64,000 bases of DNA from Vicugna vicugna (GCA_013265495.1 MU063896.1:14498701-14562700); one strand, 5' to 3'; shown: positions 13,031 to 25,759, counted from the stretch's first letter. Numbers and translations are program-made. Notes: generated by a model from the letters alone, not told the origin.

Positions 13031-13274
13031 NNNNNNNNNNNNNNNNNNNNNNNNNNNNNNNNNNNNNNNNNNNNNNNNNNNNNNNNNNNNNNNNNNNNNN
13101 NNNNNNNNNNNNNNNNNNNNNNNNNNNNNNNNNNNNNNNNNNNNNNNNNNNNNNNNNNNNNNNNNNNNNNNNNNNNNNNNNNNNNNNNNNNNNNNNNNNN
13201 NNNNNNNNNNNNNNNNNNNNNNNNNNNNNNNNNNNNNNNNNNNNNNNNNNNNNNNNNNNNNNNNNNNNNNNNNN
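13031..13274. other. assembly gap (N run)
   Basis: N run followed immediately by AAAAG|GTAAGG. Confidence 0.99.
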
Positions 13275-13889
13275 AAAAGGTAAGGTGTCCTACTGAACAA
13301 TCTCCCCTGTCACTGAGGAAAGACACAAACAATGTCTATTTGAGAGATACGCAGATACGTTGCAGCATACTAATTAGTTCTGCTAGGAGAGCCCCATCAC
13401 GGCCGGCTGGCTCACGATCCTTGATGTGAGCTTGTTCCTTCAGAGTTCTTGGCTACAGGACTGCAAACGACACCCTAAAACGTGGAGCTGCAAACGTTGG
13501 TGATTTAAACGCAGGCTGCCAGGCAAATTGCAGTGACATAAATTTGGCCCATGTGTTTTGCATCGTGTGAATACAAAACAGGGAAGCCATCGAGCTGAGT
13601 GCATTGGTCTGGGGAGGTTTGGTGGGCTATTTTCAGATGCTGGCCACAGCAAGGTGGGGTCACCACCTTTCGCTTTACTTTGAAAACATTGAAGATGCAA
13701 GAAATTTACATGTGCTAATAATAATGACATCGTAAAATGAAAGCATTTCATCCTTTTACCACCCCAAGCCCAGGGTAAGAAGTCAACTGTGAAACAAAAG
13801 CAGGGCTCAGTCTACAGTGTGTGAACTGGGAGGGTTGGGCCTGATGGGAGGTGCCAATAAGGAACCACTGGAGTACGAGGGAGACTTAC

Positions 13890-13995
13890 CCGCCTGGTGT
13901 GCTAACAGGAGTCCCGGCTTGAAACCAGGCAAGAGACGGGTACCTTTGTCCCCACAGTCAAATTGCTTGTTCTCTCGTGATTCTGAACGTTGTAT
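13890..13995 (-). other. candidate minus-strand exon (106 nt)
   Basis: ccttcacattgcag| acceptor, GCGG|GTAAGT donor; one open frame IQRSESRENKQFDCGDKGTRLLPGFKPGLLLAHQA; protein not recognised. Confidence 0.25.
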
Positions 13996-14094
13996 CTGCA
14001 ATGTGAAGGGTTTGAGCTAAGTGATCGCCAAGATCCCTTCAGCTCTTTTATCCTTACATCCTGGGTCATGTTTCCTTACAGGTGGCCCTTGGAC

Positions 14095-14190
14095 TATGGC
14101 ATCAGCCTTCCTGAGAAGCTCATTAAAAATGCTGAGTCCGGGCCCCACCCACGTGATTTGGGTGCACAGTGAAGTTTAAGCACCACTGTC
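14095..14190 (+). mobile_element. MER5-like hAT-Charlie MITE fragment
   Basis: catcagc...gagaagctcattaaaaatgc...gggccccaccc...gtgaagtttaagcaccactg. Confidence 0.5.
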
Positions 14191-14344
14191 ATGAGGGATG
14201 GCAGTGACTTGGCAGAAGTCACTGTAGATCTGACTGTTGTTTTGTAGAGAATATGCAAAGTGCTGGAGAGTTAGCCAGAGTCTGGAGAAGATAATAATAT
14301 CTTTTTATTTTTAAAGAGAAAATGGTGGTGGCCTTGATAACTAT

Positions 14345-15096
14345 AAACTATAAGCTTCATCAACAATGTGAATGGACAGATAACAGACTGGGGGGGGTTG
14401 CAATGCTTAAAAATGATTCTGAAAAAAATAAGTAACAGTGGATGCATACCTAGAATATACAGCGAATACCTGCAAACTGACTGGAAAAAGACAGGAAAAT
14501 CCATAGGCAAATGTACAAAGGGTATGAAGAGGCAATTCACACGAGAGGAAGCTCAAATGATGAACAAAAGAGGTGCTCAAAATCACTGGTAATCAGACAA
14601 CACAGACCACTTTAGACACACCAGAATGTCAGTATGAGAAAGCTGGGTAATGCCAGGTGTTTTCAAGAATTTGGGGGTGATAATGGGAGTTCTTTATTGC
14701 TGAGGGAAGAGTATCTGACTCTGGTCATTTCAGAAAGCGATCTGACAATCTTAGTGAAATTAAGTAAGGTGTAGGTGACAAGAGGTCCCCGTGTACCCAG
14801 AAGGGCAGAGAAAACCCGTGCCCCTCTTCTATTTCCCAAAATATTCCTCTTAGGAGAGACAATGACATGCTACTTCTACAAGCCCATTGCTGAAGAAATA
14901 GCCCAGAGAAATTTTCACAAAGGCACCAAGTACAGAGATGTCTTTTTAGCATTGTCTGTGGTGATTGGGAGTTGCAATTAACATGGGTACCCTTAGCTAG
15001 GGCAACGTATAAGTCATCTGTGTGTTTGCATTCTGTGGAATACTCTGCAGCAAATGGAGGCAATATTTTGATGTCTGTGGAAATGCACTATGGATA
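14345..15096 (+). mobile_element. old L1 (L1M-type) ORF2 C-terminus and 3' UTR, left part
   Basis: ORF 14368-14592 ..IPRIYSEYLQTDWKKTGKSIGKCTKGMKRQFTREEAQMMNK aligns to L1 ORF2 [36 protein letters not shown]. Confidence 0.8.
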
Positions 15097-15700
15097 TATT
15101 TAAAAAATTCTTTTCCATTATGCTTTATTAGAGGATACTGAGTATAATTCCTTGTGCTATACAGTAGGACCTTGTTGTTTATCTATTTTATATATAGTAG
15201 TTTGTTTCTGCTAATCCTGAACTCCTAATTTATTCCTCCCTCATCCCTTTTCCCCTTTGGTAGCCATAAGTTTGTTTTCTATGTCTGTGAGTCTAGCCTG
15301 TTTCTGTTTTGTAAGTAAGTTCATGTGTGTCATATTTTAGATTCCACATGTAAGTGATATCGTATGATATTTGTCTTTCTCTTTCTAATTTACTTCACCT
15401 AGNNNNNNNNNNNNNNNNNNNNNNNNNNNNNNNNNNNNNNNNNNNNNNNNNNNNNNNNNNNNNNNNNNNNNNNNNNNNNNNNNNNNNNNNNNNNNNNNNN
15501 NNNNNNNNNNNNNNNNNNNNNNNNNNNNNNNNNNNNNNNNNNNNNNNNNNNNNNNNNNNNNNNNNNNNNNNNNNNNNNNNNNNNNNNNNNNNNNNNNNNN
15601 CTTTTTGAATTATAGTTTTCTGTGGATATATGCCCAGGAGTGAAATTGCTAGATCATACAGCAACTCTAGTTCTTTAAGGAACCTTCATACTTTTTTCAG
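15097..15700 (-). mobile_element. young L1 3' fragment nested in the old L1
   Basis: ttcttttccattat...gtgctatacagtaggaccttgttg...gattccacatgtaagtgatatc...cccaggagtgaaattgctagatcat; tatggata at both edges (15089-15096, 15701-15708); contains gap 15403-15600. Confidence 0.9.
15403..15600. other. assembly gap inside L1
   Basis: N run. Confidence 0.99.
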
Positions 15701-15960
15701 TATGGATAATTTTTAAAAGCAAAATTATGAGTGAAAAAATAAGAAAAAGTGAGCTTTTAAGCATAAGGCCATTTTCCAAACTTTAAAAGCAAATTCAAAT
15801 TTGTTACATACAAAACGGCACTAGATATACAACAATATATGCACATATCAACAACATGAGAATGCCTACATGGGGGTGAGAGGAAGGGCAATGAGGATTC
15901 TGGGGTGAGGAGGAGAAAATAACGAAATAAGGGAAGCACTTGCTGGAATGATGAGATGAC
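15701..15960 (+). mobile_element. old L1 3' UTR, right part
   Basis: continues the element interrupted at 15096; ends in a purine/G-rich tract typical of L1M 3' ends. Confidence 0.55.
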
Positions 15961-16279
15961 ATGCTATAAAATGAGATGCAGGATTCTTACAGACCTCTGC
16001 CTTTGAGGTCAAAATTGAAGGTTAAAAGAGTGACTGAAGTTTTAATTTGTCTCTGAGAATGTAATGGAAATATTTTTCTTCAAATCGAGTATGATTGTTA
16101 GCAGGAAGCCATAGTTCACAGATCAAAAGGCTTTAGAGTTTGTCCCCTACAACCTATTCACAAGAAAGATGGAAACTTTGGTCCATATATTCCACTATCT
16201 AATATTCTCCTCACTGACAATAGAGCCTCTGGTATTCTTATCAACTGACTCAGATTTCACAGCAAGGAGTGTTGCAAAT

Positions 16280-16740
16280 GGTATTTGCAAGGTGCATACT
16301 TGTAACTCTCCTCTGCAACTTCCCATGGCTCCCTATTTCCAGTAAAATAAAGTCTGAACTCCTGAGCTTGGCAGTAAAAACCTCCTACCATCTAACATCA
16401 AACTACCACTTTCATTTTATTTCCTAATTTCTCTTCATCGATCCTTCACTTTCCTGAAACAATCCTTCTGCCTCTTTCATTGCTCACACCATGTGTCCTG
16501 CCTGGCATGGCTTTCTGTTCCTCTTCTTGTTGAAACTGTATCCACTTTCAGGACTAGTTTGAGGTGCAGCTCTTTTGAAAGCCTTCCTTTACCATCTCAG
16601 ATCCAAGTGACCTTGACTTTCTCCTTCATGCAGCTCTTACAGTGCATGCTGCTTAGAATCGTAAGTAGCCTTTCATACCTGTGTTCTCTCTGCAGGGACA
16701 CTGGTACATACTCTCAGCTCTAGCTTACAAATAGTCTTAA
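16280..16740 (+). mobile_element. L2 fragment
   Basis: cccatggctccctatttccagtaaaataaagtctgaactcctgagcttggc...gaaagccttcctt. Confidence 0.6.
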
Positions 16741-17309
16741 GCTCTTTATAAGTTATTATCAAATAAACATCCCTTGCTTAGATACTGAGGAAGGATGTAT
16801 CTATTCCTGGGATACTGTCCCTGACTTCCAAGGAGCTGATAGTCTGATGGTGAGGTATGTCAATCACCAGAGAGAATTAGAAAGTGAAAGATGTCAGGAG
16901 GTATGTTAAGGGTTGGGCTGGGGCTGGGGAGAGTGATGCATGGAGGCTGGGTGTGAATCCCAGCAGCCTCCCATTTCAGGTTGGACCTTAACCTTCTGTG
17001 TATGCTGCTTTTAGTCCAGCCCTGGCATGTTAGGTCAGCGCACAGGAGAGTTAGACAGAAATTCTTCAGAAAGTTCTGCCAGTGATCGTGATTACAGAAT
17101 CATAAAGTAATTCCCACTGCAGAGCCAACATTCCTCTTCTCTGTCTGGTATATTCTAGGAGTAAAATAACTGTTGAATGAATCTGAATTTTGCACAGGGG
17201 AATGTTGACTTATAACTGAAAACAAGGAGGGTGTCCTTAGCTAGTTCTGGGCCATAGCCCTGATCCTCATGACAGCCAGATTTGTCACTGGGTGGCACGC
17301 TACAGGAGA

Positions 17310-17780
17310 TGGAAAGGAACTGAGTATTGGACCCTCCTAAGAATGACCTAAATAATAAAGATATTTAATGATCTCATATATAAGGATGTTTGGGATAGGT
17401 GGTCCCACAGATGATTTCATGGCTTAATCATATTATTAAGGACCAGATTCTTCCTCCATTTCAGTCTGCCTTGCTCAGCTTGTTTTCTTTTCATCCTCAG
17501 ACCTATTGCACCTTAGACACCAAGGCACTAGACCTCAAACCTTTGCAAAGCTGTGCTCAAAAGGCAGGGTGTACACAAGCTTCTCTCCAAGATCCCTCCC
17601 AGTCTGTCAGAGAAGGATCTGTTTCCCAGACTCTCCCTTACATCCCTTAGGCCAGAACTGGGCCACATGGCCATTACTAGCTGCAAAGGGGTACCCGGCT
17701 GGTTGAGCACTGGTATTGGAGGCAGGCTTTGCTAGCACAGAAGGGGGAGGGATTGGTGGTAGAGTAAGTAACCAGAAAAG
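17310..17780 (-). mobile_element. MaLR solo LTR (MLT1J/K-like)
   Basis: ggccagaactgggccacatggccattactagctgcaaagggg hallmark. Confidence 0.7.
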
Positions 17781-17952
17781 TTTTCCACAGGCCACAAATG
17801 TATTGGGTAGCCAAGAAACTCTGATCCTTTTCTGCAACTTCCTGCCTCCACCTTGTGGAGTAGAATCATGTTCATGAGGAGCAGGTTCTCACAACTGTCA
17901 GACCTGGTTCAGCCTCTTTTCTTTGCTGGATGGTGGGGAACTTTACTCTCAT

Positions 17953-18580
17953 CTAATTCATTCATTCATTCATTTGTCCAACTGATTCATCATATATGTA
18001 TTGCACATCTAGGAGATGTTCTTAAAAATTTTTGTTAATGCCACGGACTCCCTTGGCAGTCAGATGAAACTTACAGATACCTTCTTGGAATGATGTTAAA
18101 AATCATTTTACAAATACACAGAATTACAAAGGAAATCAGTTAAATTGCAATACAATTTACTTTTGGACCCTGTGGCCAGATCCTGTACTGATGCTAAGAC
18201 ATAACAGGAATTAAGGGGGGACATTGCTCTCAGGGAGCTTAGAGCCTAGTGGAGGAAATAGCAAAGCAACAGGCAGTTTAAAACTCTGATAGGAGGGGTA
18301 CAGGGTGCTATGGGAGCACACGTGAAGGGACCCAGCTCAATCTGGGATAGGGTTGGAGGAAAAGAGAAAGATTCCTGGGTATCTAAGAAGGGATTCAAAG
18401 GAATTAATCAAGGAAGAGGAAGAAAAGTAAGTGAAAGATGTGTAGATGAGAGAGCACGGAGGCTCTGGAGAACAGTTATTAGTTCAGCATTTCTGGAACA
18501 TAGAGGTCAAAGGGGTAGACAGTTCTCGGGAACCAGGCAGAGATGAGATCATGACAAAACACTCCTGATGGAGTCAGATG
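17953..18580 (-). mobile_element. L2 3' end interrupted by a DNA transposon
   Basis: (ttca)n tail, ctctcagggagcttagagcctagtgg, gtgctatgggagcac. Confidence 0.7.
18012..18170 (+). mobile_element. hAT-Charlie family MITE fragment nested in L2
   Basis: gccacggactcccttggcagtcagatgaaactta...gaattacaaaggaaatcag. Confidence 0.45.
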
Positions 18581-20473
18581 CTGTGTGTGCCGAAATCCAC
18601 TCTGAATGAATTTATTGTATGAGGCAGCTTTCACCAGCAAAGACGTGTGGCCAGACTGTAGTGTTCCTGTTAGGTTTTTGCTCACTGGAGAATCTGCAGT
18701 ACACAACACAGTGCTGTGTTACATGGTGGTTAAGTGAAGGGGACGCTAGCCCTGTGGGCTTCTAATTTCTTGCCCCGCGTGTTACGCTACATTTGTCGAG
18801 GACTCCCAGCTGCATGTGAGAACGTGCTCGGTTGGCTCCTAAAGCAGCGTCTTCTACAACTCTCATCCCCCTCTGCCACCATGTTCCTGGCTGAGAGTGG
18901 CGGCCCTGCCTTTCCATCTGCAGCCTAAAAAAGTGAAAGTTTGTGGGGACTAAGACCTAGAGGTGTGGATGGAGCTGGAGTAGTGAGGGCTCGCCAAGAC
19001 CAAGCTGGGGAATGAGTGTGGGCGCTTGGCTCCAGCCAGGCGCATCACACAGATTGAGGGCTCTCACCTTACAGTCACTCAGGCTCCACAGCGCCATCCA
19101 GTGCCTGCTCCCTTGGACCAGCCCTTCCTCCTCTTGTTTCCTGTAAAGTTACCAGAGCCATGCTCTAGATTTCTAGGATTTTATTGGTCTTTGCTACCAA
19201 CAATCCCCACCAATAAACTCAAAAGTTCACAATAATGTGAGTTATGATATTCTTTCACATTACCATACGCCTGTCTTCCAATCTTCAGGGAATGAAGTAA
19301 GGATGAAGAGAGCATCAGATGGGAAGCAGGGGACTTGGATATTTTCTGAGAAGAGGGAATGATTAGTCAGACAGCATGCTTGGAAGGGAGCTCGGAATGT
19401 AGCTAGTACAACTCTTTCTCCTCATGGAGGCCCATTTTATAGTTGAAACGAGAGGGCTGAACTTGACCGTGTCGACTGTGGCCCTGATTAAGGTTTTAAC
19501 GGTTAAGTTGTGTAACTTCGCTGAACATAGCATCTTCATCTCTGAGATGAATGATTTGGAATGTATCTTTGAATGTCCGAGTTAAGCATAAATTCTGTGG
19601 TTTTGAATCATACCAAACTCTTTCTCTGTACATAACTCTAATTCTCACTAAAAATGTAACCTTCTCATTTATTTCTAAGAGGGATTGACATATAGCTGAA
19701 AATTTTAAATTGCCCCACTTTTTTTTGTCATATGGGCACTATTTTTTATGGTTATCCTATGATTCATGAATCAATTTGCCACGCAGATCTCAGATGATGT
19801 GAGTGAATTATTCACATTTCATAATAGAAACATAGTAGAACTTTTCATTTCCCATGTCAGTTAAAATATCTCCTGGACTGTTTCCATTTAAAAAAATCTA
19901 GTACACGTGCACATTTTCTCTGATCTGGAGTATGTTTGAGAACTTTGCACTGTGAGAAATATGTTTGAGAGAAATGACCCAAACTGGATAAAATTCACAT
20001 AACCTGGCATTCTGTTTCAGGAGGGAAGAAATGTCATTCTGAATGATGGGAAGAGCCTGATGCCAGTAGCCTCCTGGTTTGGTTTTATTGTTGCCTCATC
20101 TCATCAGTTAATTTCACTGTGTCTATCCTTCATTAGTAAAATGAGAGCGAACCTATCTGACAACCATATAACAAGGAATAAAGTTTGCAAAGCGCTTTAG
20201 ATATTTACAGGATGATTTGAAGAGAAAAAGATAGTAATCCACTTGGATTTTTCTTCGATAACTTGGCGATTATCCTGAGGACATAATTTGTAGGCCCTTT
20301 TCTTTGTCCACAAAGGGCTCTCAGGACCTAAGACTGTGTTTCCCTGGAACTGTACTCATTTTGGACACGTATCAGGCACTGACCATGACCTAGATTTTGA
20401 ACACAAGATCCGGGTGGCCAGATTGGACCACCAAAGTTCTCCTGCTTCATTTTTCTTCTGATAAATGCCACAG

Positions 20474-20584
20474 CATATAAATATCCACAAAGAAAAACAT
20501 GAAGAAGGAGTCTTTAAAGCAAAATGACAGTTTGAAAATTACGTCCAAGAATTCTCGCAGATGGATACTGAATACTCAAGCAAG
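20474..20584 (+). other. candidate exon (111 nt) with strong splice sites and one in-frame TGA
   Basis: ctcctgcttcatttttcttctgataaatgccacag| and CAAG|GTGAGC; frame 0 reads HINIHKEKHEEGVFKAK*QFENYVQEFSQMDTEYSSK. Confidence 0.3.
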
Positions 20585-22254
20585 GTGAGCTATTCTTTTG
20601 TAGGACAGACTGTAAAAAAATAAATGGGAAAATGTATACAGTATATTGTAACCCACAAGAAGGGGTCGTATAGAGAAAGTCAGGCACATAAATATGGGTT
20701 TCCAAAATATAAAGGTCATTAAGTAAAACAGTGCAAAACTTTTAAAAGTTTCTAATTAAGTTTTTGACTGTAGAACTTGCTCCGCCTGGAGCAAAAGCCC
20801 AGCTGTTTTACAATAGAGTCTTTTGCCTCCTAGCAATACAATTTGTGCCATAAAGAGCAAGTCTGTTTTCAAGGGTTATATCTCTTGGTTGCCTATGATT
20901 TTAATAAAACATTTTCTGGAGGTATTAATTCATGTTGCATTTCTTTTATTGTTTGTTTATTCAAAATTTTGGCCTAGCACTAAATTCTTATGGTTTTTAT
21001 TTTTTGATGCATCATATTTCATTGGAGCACAGGACTTCCATTTTGAGGTTTTGGTATTAAAAAAAATCATTGGTCTTTAAACTGAAAGGTTTGATGGAAT
21101 ATTAAATTTGATGAATCATAGCAAATGTCTGTGTTTGTTAGCTTTTATAGACCCCATTAAAGCATTCATTAATAAAGTCACACTACATTGCTTTGAGTAG
21201 GTCCTAAAAGGTTAACGACTTGATGCAGGCTGGTGTTCTTAAGCTCTACTGTTTGAGGGTGGTATGTGTGGAACTCAGTTCACTTTGAAATTGGAATACG
21301 AAAGAGAGATTTTAATTTCTATCTCAGTCCAGGAGTTTTCTTGGTCCTCTTTCCCTTTTTTTAAACCATCACCAAAAATCTGGCTCACTGAGTTGTTCAG
21401 GGTTTGAAGCCAGGGCCTTGTTAGCTATAGGATGCCCCTCCAGGGGCCATGACATCACAGGAGAATGTCACCCTCCCTCCTGGCTGCTCCTGCAGTGACC
21501 TTCAAGCAGGGAGAAACTGACTTGATTATGAATCATTCGTTTTGGAACAAAAGTTGTTTTTCAAGAAGTATACTGTTAACTGTTTGATTCTCTTTCCCTT
21601 GGAGACTTTTTTGGAAGACAAGATGTAGAAATATTTGCAATCTTCAAACAGGAGTAACTTATACATGCACCTATTACAGTATCATGTATCTAGAAGACCC
21701 TGGCTGTGTATTTGTTGACTGACTGGATAACCATCAGATTCAAGTGTCAGGAACTTGCATCCTCCTATTCAGTAACTAGAAGCACTTGGAGTAATTGTTG
21801 CATTTGAATTTTTCACCTCAGAGAATTTCTGAGTCAAACTTTTATCTTATGTATCAGAATCAGCATTCGATTAAACCAGATGAGAATTGTGTGGCTGCTT
21901 TAAAAAAAATTACCCAATTGTGCAATTCCTTAATATTAAGTAAAGGCTCACTAGACACTTCCTAAAAACTTCATGAAATCTGTGTTTTTCTCAGAAGAAA
22001 CTTCCTTGACAAAGTCACGTGTGAGGGTAAATTTTTCTTTAAAGCAGACTTGCCCAGTGCCTTGATTCTTCTAGGAATTGTTAGTAAAATAAATGACTCA
22101 AATTGGTTTTGTGTGGCAGACAAATCAAAGCATTGCCATGAGGTTGCAGGGCTGACCTGCAATAGTTTAACCATTTCCTGAGCAACTAGAACCTGCTTGA
22201 TTGGATGGATGATAGTTCCCATGTTAGTCATTGCGCAGAGAAAAAATAACAGTT

Positions 22255-22382
22255 NNNNNNNNNNNNNNNNNNNNNNNNNNNNNNNNNNNNNNNNNNNNNN
22301 NNNNNNNNNNNNNNNNNNNNNNNNNNNNNNNNNNNNNNNNNNNNNNNNNNNNNNNNNNNNNNNNNNNNNNNNNNNNNNNNNN
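22255..22382. other. assembly gap
   Basis: N run. Confidence 0.99.
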
Positions 22383-22570
22383 TGGTTTTACTACTAAACT
22401 CTCCTGTAAGGATATGTACTACTGAGAGTCCAGAGTGCCAGAACAGGGAAGGAGACAGGACTGATGATGCCTCAGAGTTAAATCCTCTTAACAACTTGTT
22501 CTGAGAGGAAGTTGCTTCATTAATGTAAAACGTATGGAAGGATTCTTATTTTGCTGCTGTTGTTTGGGTG

Positions 22571-23068
22571 TTTTTTTTTTAATTTAAAACGTATAATTGA
22601 CTTAATGTTGTGTTTCAGATGTACAGCAAAGTGGTTCAGTTATACACATACCTATTCTTTTTCAGATTCTTTATAGATTTTGCAAGGTTAAATAGACTTT
22701 AATAGATTTTTATAAGACATTGAATATAGTTCCCTGTGCTATACAGTAGGTACTGTTGTTTATGTTTTATATATAGTAATGTGTATCTGTTAATCCCAGA
22801 CTCCTAATTTATCCTTTCCCTCCCTTATCCCTTTGGTAACCATAAGTTTGTTTTCTATGTCTCTGAATCTATTTCTGTTTTGTAAATAAGTTCATTTATG
22901 TGTTTTTTAGATTCCACATATAAGTGATGGTATTTCTTTCTCTGTCTGACTTACTTCACTTAGTAGGATAATCTCTATGTCCATCCACGTTGCTGCAAAT
23001 GGCATTATTTCATTCTTTATTATGGCCGAGTAATATTCCACATCTTCTTTAACAATTTATCTGTTGGC
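22571..23068 (-). mobile_element. young 5'-truncated L1 (3' UTR)
   Basis: poly-T at 22571-22580, then gtacagcaaagtggttcagttatacac...ttgaatatagttccctgtgctatacagtagg...gttgctgcaaatggcattatttc. Confidence 0.9.
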
Positions 23069-24342
23069 GTGTGTGAGGTAAATATTCTTCTTTAGAGGAA
23101 AAAAGAACAAACATATAGTAGAGATATTTTTCTTTTGATTTGAAAGGCTTTTTTAGAAGATTCATTACTTTCAACTTTTCCATACTTTTTACAAGATCTA
23201 GCTGGCAATCACAGCCTCATCAATCACGGCCCTGTGAATCAACAAGCATTAAGACTTAATAGTAGTTTTTATATTTATTGAAAGGTAGTTTTATTAAAAC
23301 TAGTTTAGCAAGCATAACTATTTACATTTTTTTCTCTCTTTCATATAACATCGTCCATTCACATCTGCATAAGGCATGAACACAGTAGACACTGTTCAAG
23401 TATCTAATGCATCTCAATGACTGGTACCCACAGAAATAAACCTTCCCCAGGTTTGGGGTCCTGGGCTGAAACCAGGGCCCTGTGAAACCTGTGGTGTGCC
23501 TGTAAATGTTTAACAGCCGGCGCCTGGGCTGATAGGAGGGGAGGCATATGCCAGCATCCGAGGTGTAAATACTTCCACCATGAGTTGGGAAGAGAAACAC
23601 ACAATTGACTTTTGCCAGCTGATTATGAGTTGGTGTCCACACATTACTATAGACCCCTCCAAGTTACATGATTTTGATTTTATGATTATTTAACAGATCA
23701 GGAAAGGAGAGCTCGGTTGGTTTAAACAAATTTTTTACCCAAAAGCTATGGAAACAATTGTGTCTATGTCCCCTAAGTACCAGTGTGTGCTGACCTTACC
23801 CAAGCACTGCAAGGAACCAGTGCCAACATGTCTTTTTCCAGAAGCTCTTGTTTAAAATCACTTTGTTTAACAAAATGTTGTAGGGAAAAAAAAATTTTCT
23901 ACATAGGAAAAATAGAATGGTGGATTACAATGGGTGACCTAGCTCTGTAATTTTAGAACTTTATTTTTTAAGGTATGGCCTTATTACTGGAATCTGAATC
24001 TCTATAGAATGAGGCAGCTTTAGAGGACGCATTTATAAGATCAGTAAAAAATGCAGGGGGTCAGAGGACACGGAAATCTGTAGATCTTTCACACTGAAGC
24101 AGGGAAAACAGGGCCCGTCATATACATGTATGTGGTTAATCATATCTCTAAGGTACTTTAAAGAGACTTAGGTAGAGTGAGGTTTATCACTTGCAGCTGT
24201 TTAGAAGGAATGCCTGTCCTAAGAGCAGCCCAGTTTTGAAGAGAATGGATTTACGCCTTGCAGGAAGCCAAATGTGCGAACACTTGGACCAGACTCCGTT
24301 ACGTATCATGTTGCTATTTCTCCCCCTTCTTCCCCATCTTAG

Positions 24343-24526
24343 GTCACATCTTAAATATGAACGTCACCCAGACGTTACCCAGGTGATCCTAGGCCATCCC
24401 GAGTGTGCAGCTGTGCAGGGCTTGACCTTGAAGGACAGATGGCACCAAGGGAATTCTTTTATACCTTGTGCTGGTCAGGGCTCAGCTTCTGACATTTCTG
24501 TCTACGGACGACAAAAGGCTTTCATT
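24343..24526 (+). other. candidate exon (184 nt; alternative donor at 24382)
   Basis: very strong acceptor tatttctcccccttcttccccatcttag|G; donor ATT|GTAAGC; open in the frame of ORF 24191-24553; protein not recognised. Confidence 0.2.
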
Positions 24527-25203
24527 GTAAGCTGCTTTCTGATGTGTGCTTAAAGCCAAGTTGAACACATTAAAAGAGACAAGAGGCAGAAACCTACTCA
24601 ATGTACTCATTAAAAAAAAAATTTTATGAGAGTAGATAAAAAAGAAAATAAATCTTAAAAAATCTTTATGCCCTCTCCCTAAAAAGTTGGATTCGATATT
24701 TTTTTCGGGTTAATCATAATTTTCCATTCATTCAAATATACAGTTATATCATGTTATATATTATATTTCCTTTAAAAAATAGAAAATAAATACGTTTCAC
24801 ACAAATTGTATTTAGCTGTGTTCACTCTCCCTTTTGATTTGAATAATACCATGATTTTTGCAAGCCCAGCAAATTAGTGAAATTTATTGTCACTTGGATA
24901 TCACGTGCCTTCATGGGTTCCCTTCTATTTTTTTTTTCCTTTTTCAACTAAAATGTTTTCTCAGACCTCCTTCTCTAGAATGTTACTAAGATTCTTTGAA
25001 ATATTATCTGATTTCAGAACTAAGGTTTAACCATTCCTCTTCAGGAGACTTAAAATAACTCCCCATCCTTCTAATTTAGTCCTTTAGTCCACCAGACACT
25101 CGCTTCAGTTCTCTTGACCCAGCATAATTCTGAAAAGTACACGCTAGAATTTCTGCAGTTCAGCTGTGGACCTGATTACCCAGGAGCTACCTGCTTGAAT
25201 GAA

Positions 25204-25450
25204 AATAATAATAATAATAGCTAGCATTTCTTGAGTGGTTTTAATGTTCCAGGTATTGTTCTAAATGCCCCATGGGCATTCCTCACTTAATCTTCACAAT
25301 AACCTGGAGGAGACAGCCGCATTATTATTATTCTATGCCCTTTTCCAGATGAAGAAGATAAGGCGGAAAGAGGTCATTGAACTTTTCGTAAAGTCACAGG
25401 ACACATCAGTAGAACCAAGATTCTAATTCAGGCAGTGTGACTGGAGAGCT
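25204..25450 (-). mobile_element. MIR SINE (near full length)
   Basis: (aat)n gctagcatttcttgagtg...cttaatcttcacaataacc...ttccagatgaagaa. Confidence 0.7.
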
Positions 25451-25759
25451 CCCATTCTTACCCATTATGTCATGTTCACAGGGTGGTCTTATAGCCTGTT
25501 TTGAAAGCTATATTCAAGGCTATGTGTGGAGTGGAAAGAACACAGCACTAAGGGCCAGAAGATGGGCTGTCAGTGCAATTTGGTCACCACAAACAAGGTC
25601 ACCAAGTTGCGCAAACTTGGGCAGGCTGATCTGTCTGGAAAAGGCTAGGCAGAAATTCATTACATTAAGTCTTTTTATAAGCACCTTATTTATTTTAAAT
25701 AAATGCTGTGGCTCTTGATGGGAGGTCATTTAAGCAGAGCCATTAAGACCAACATTGAA

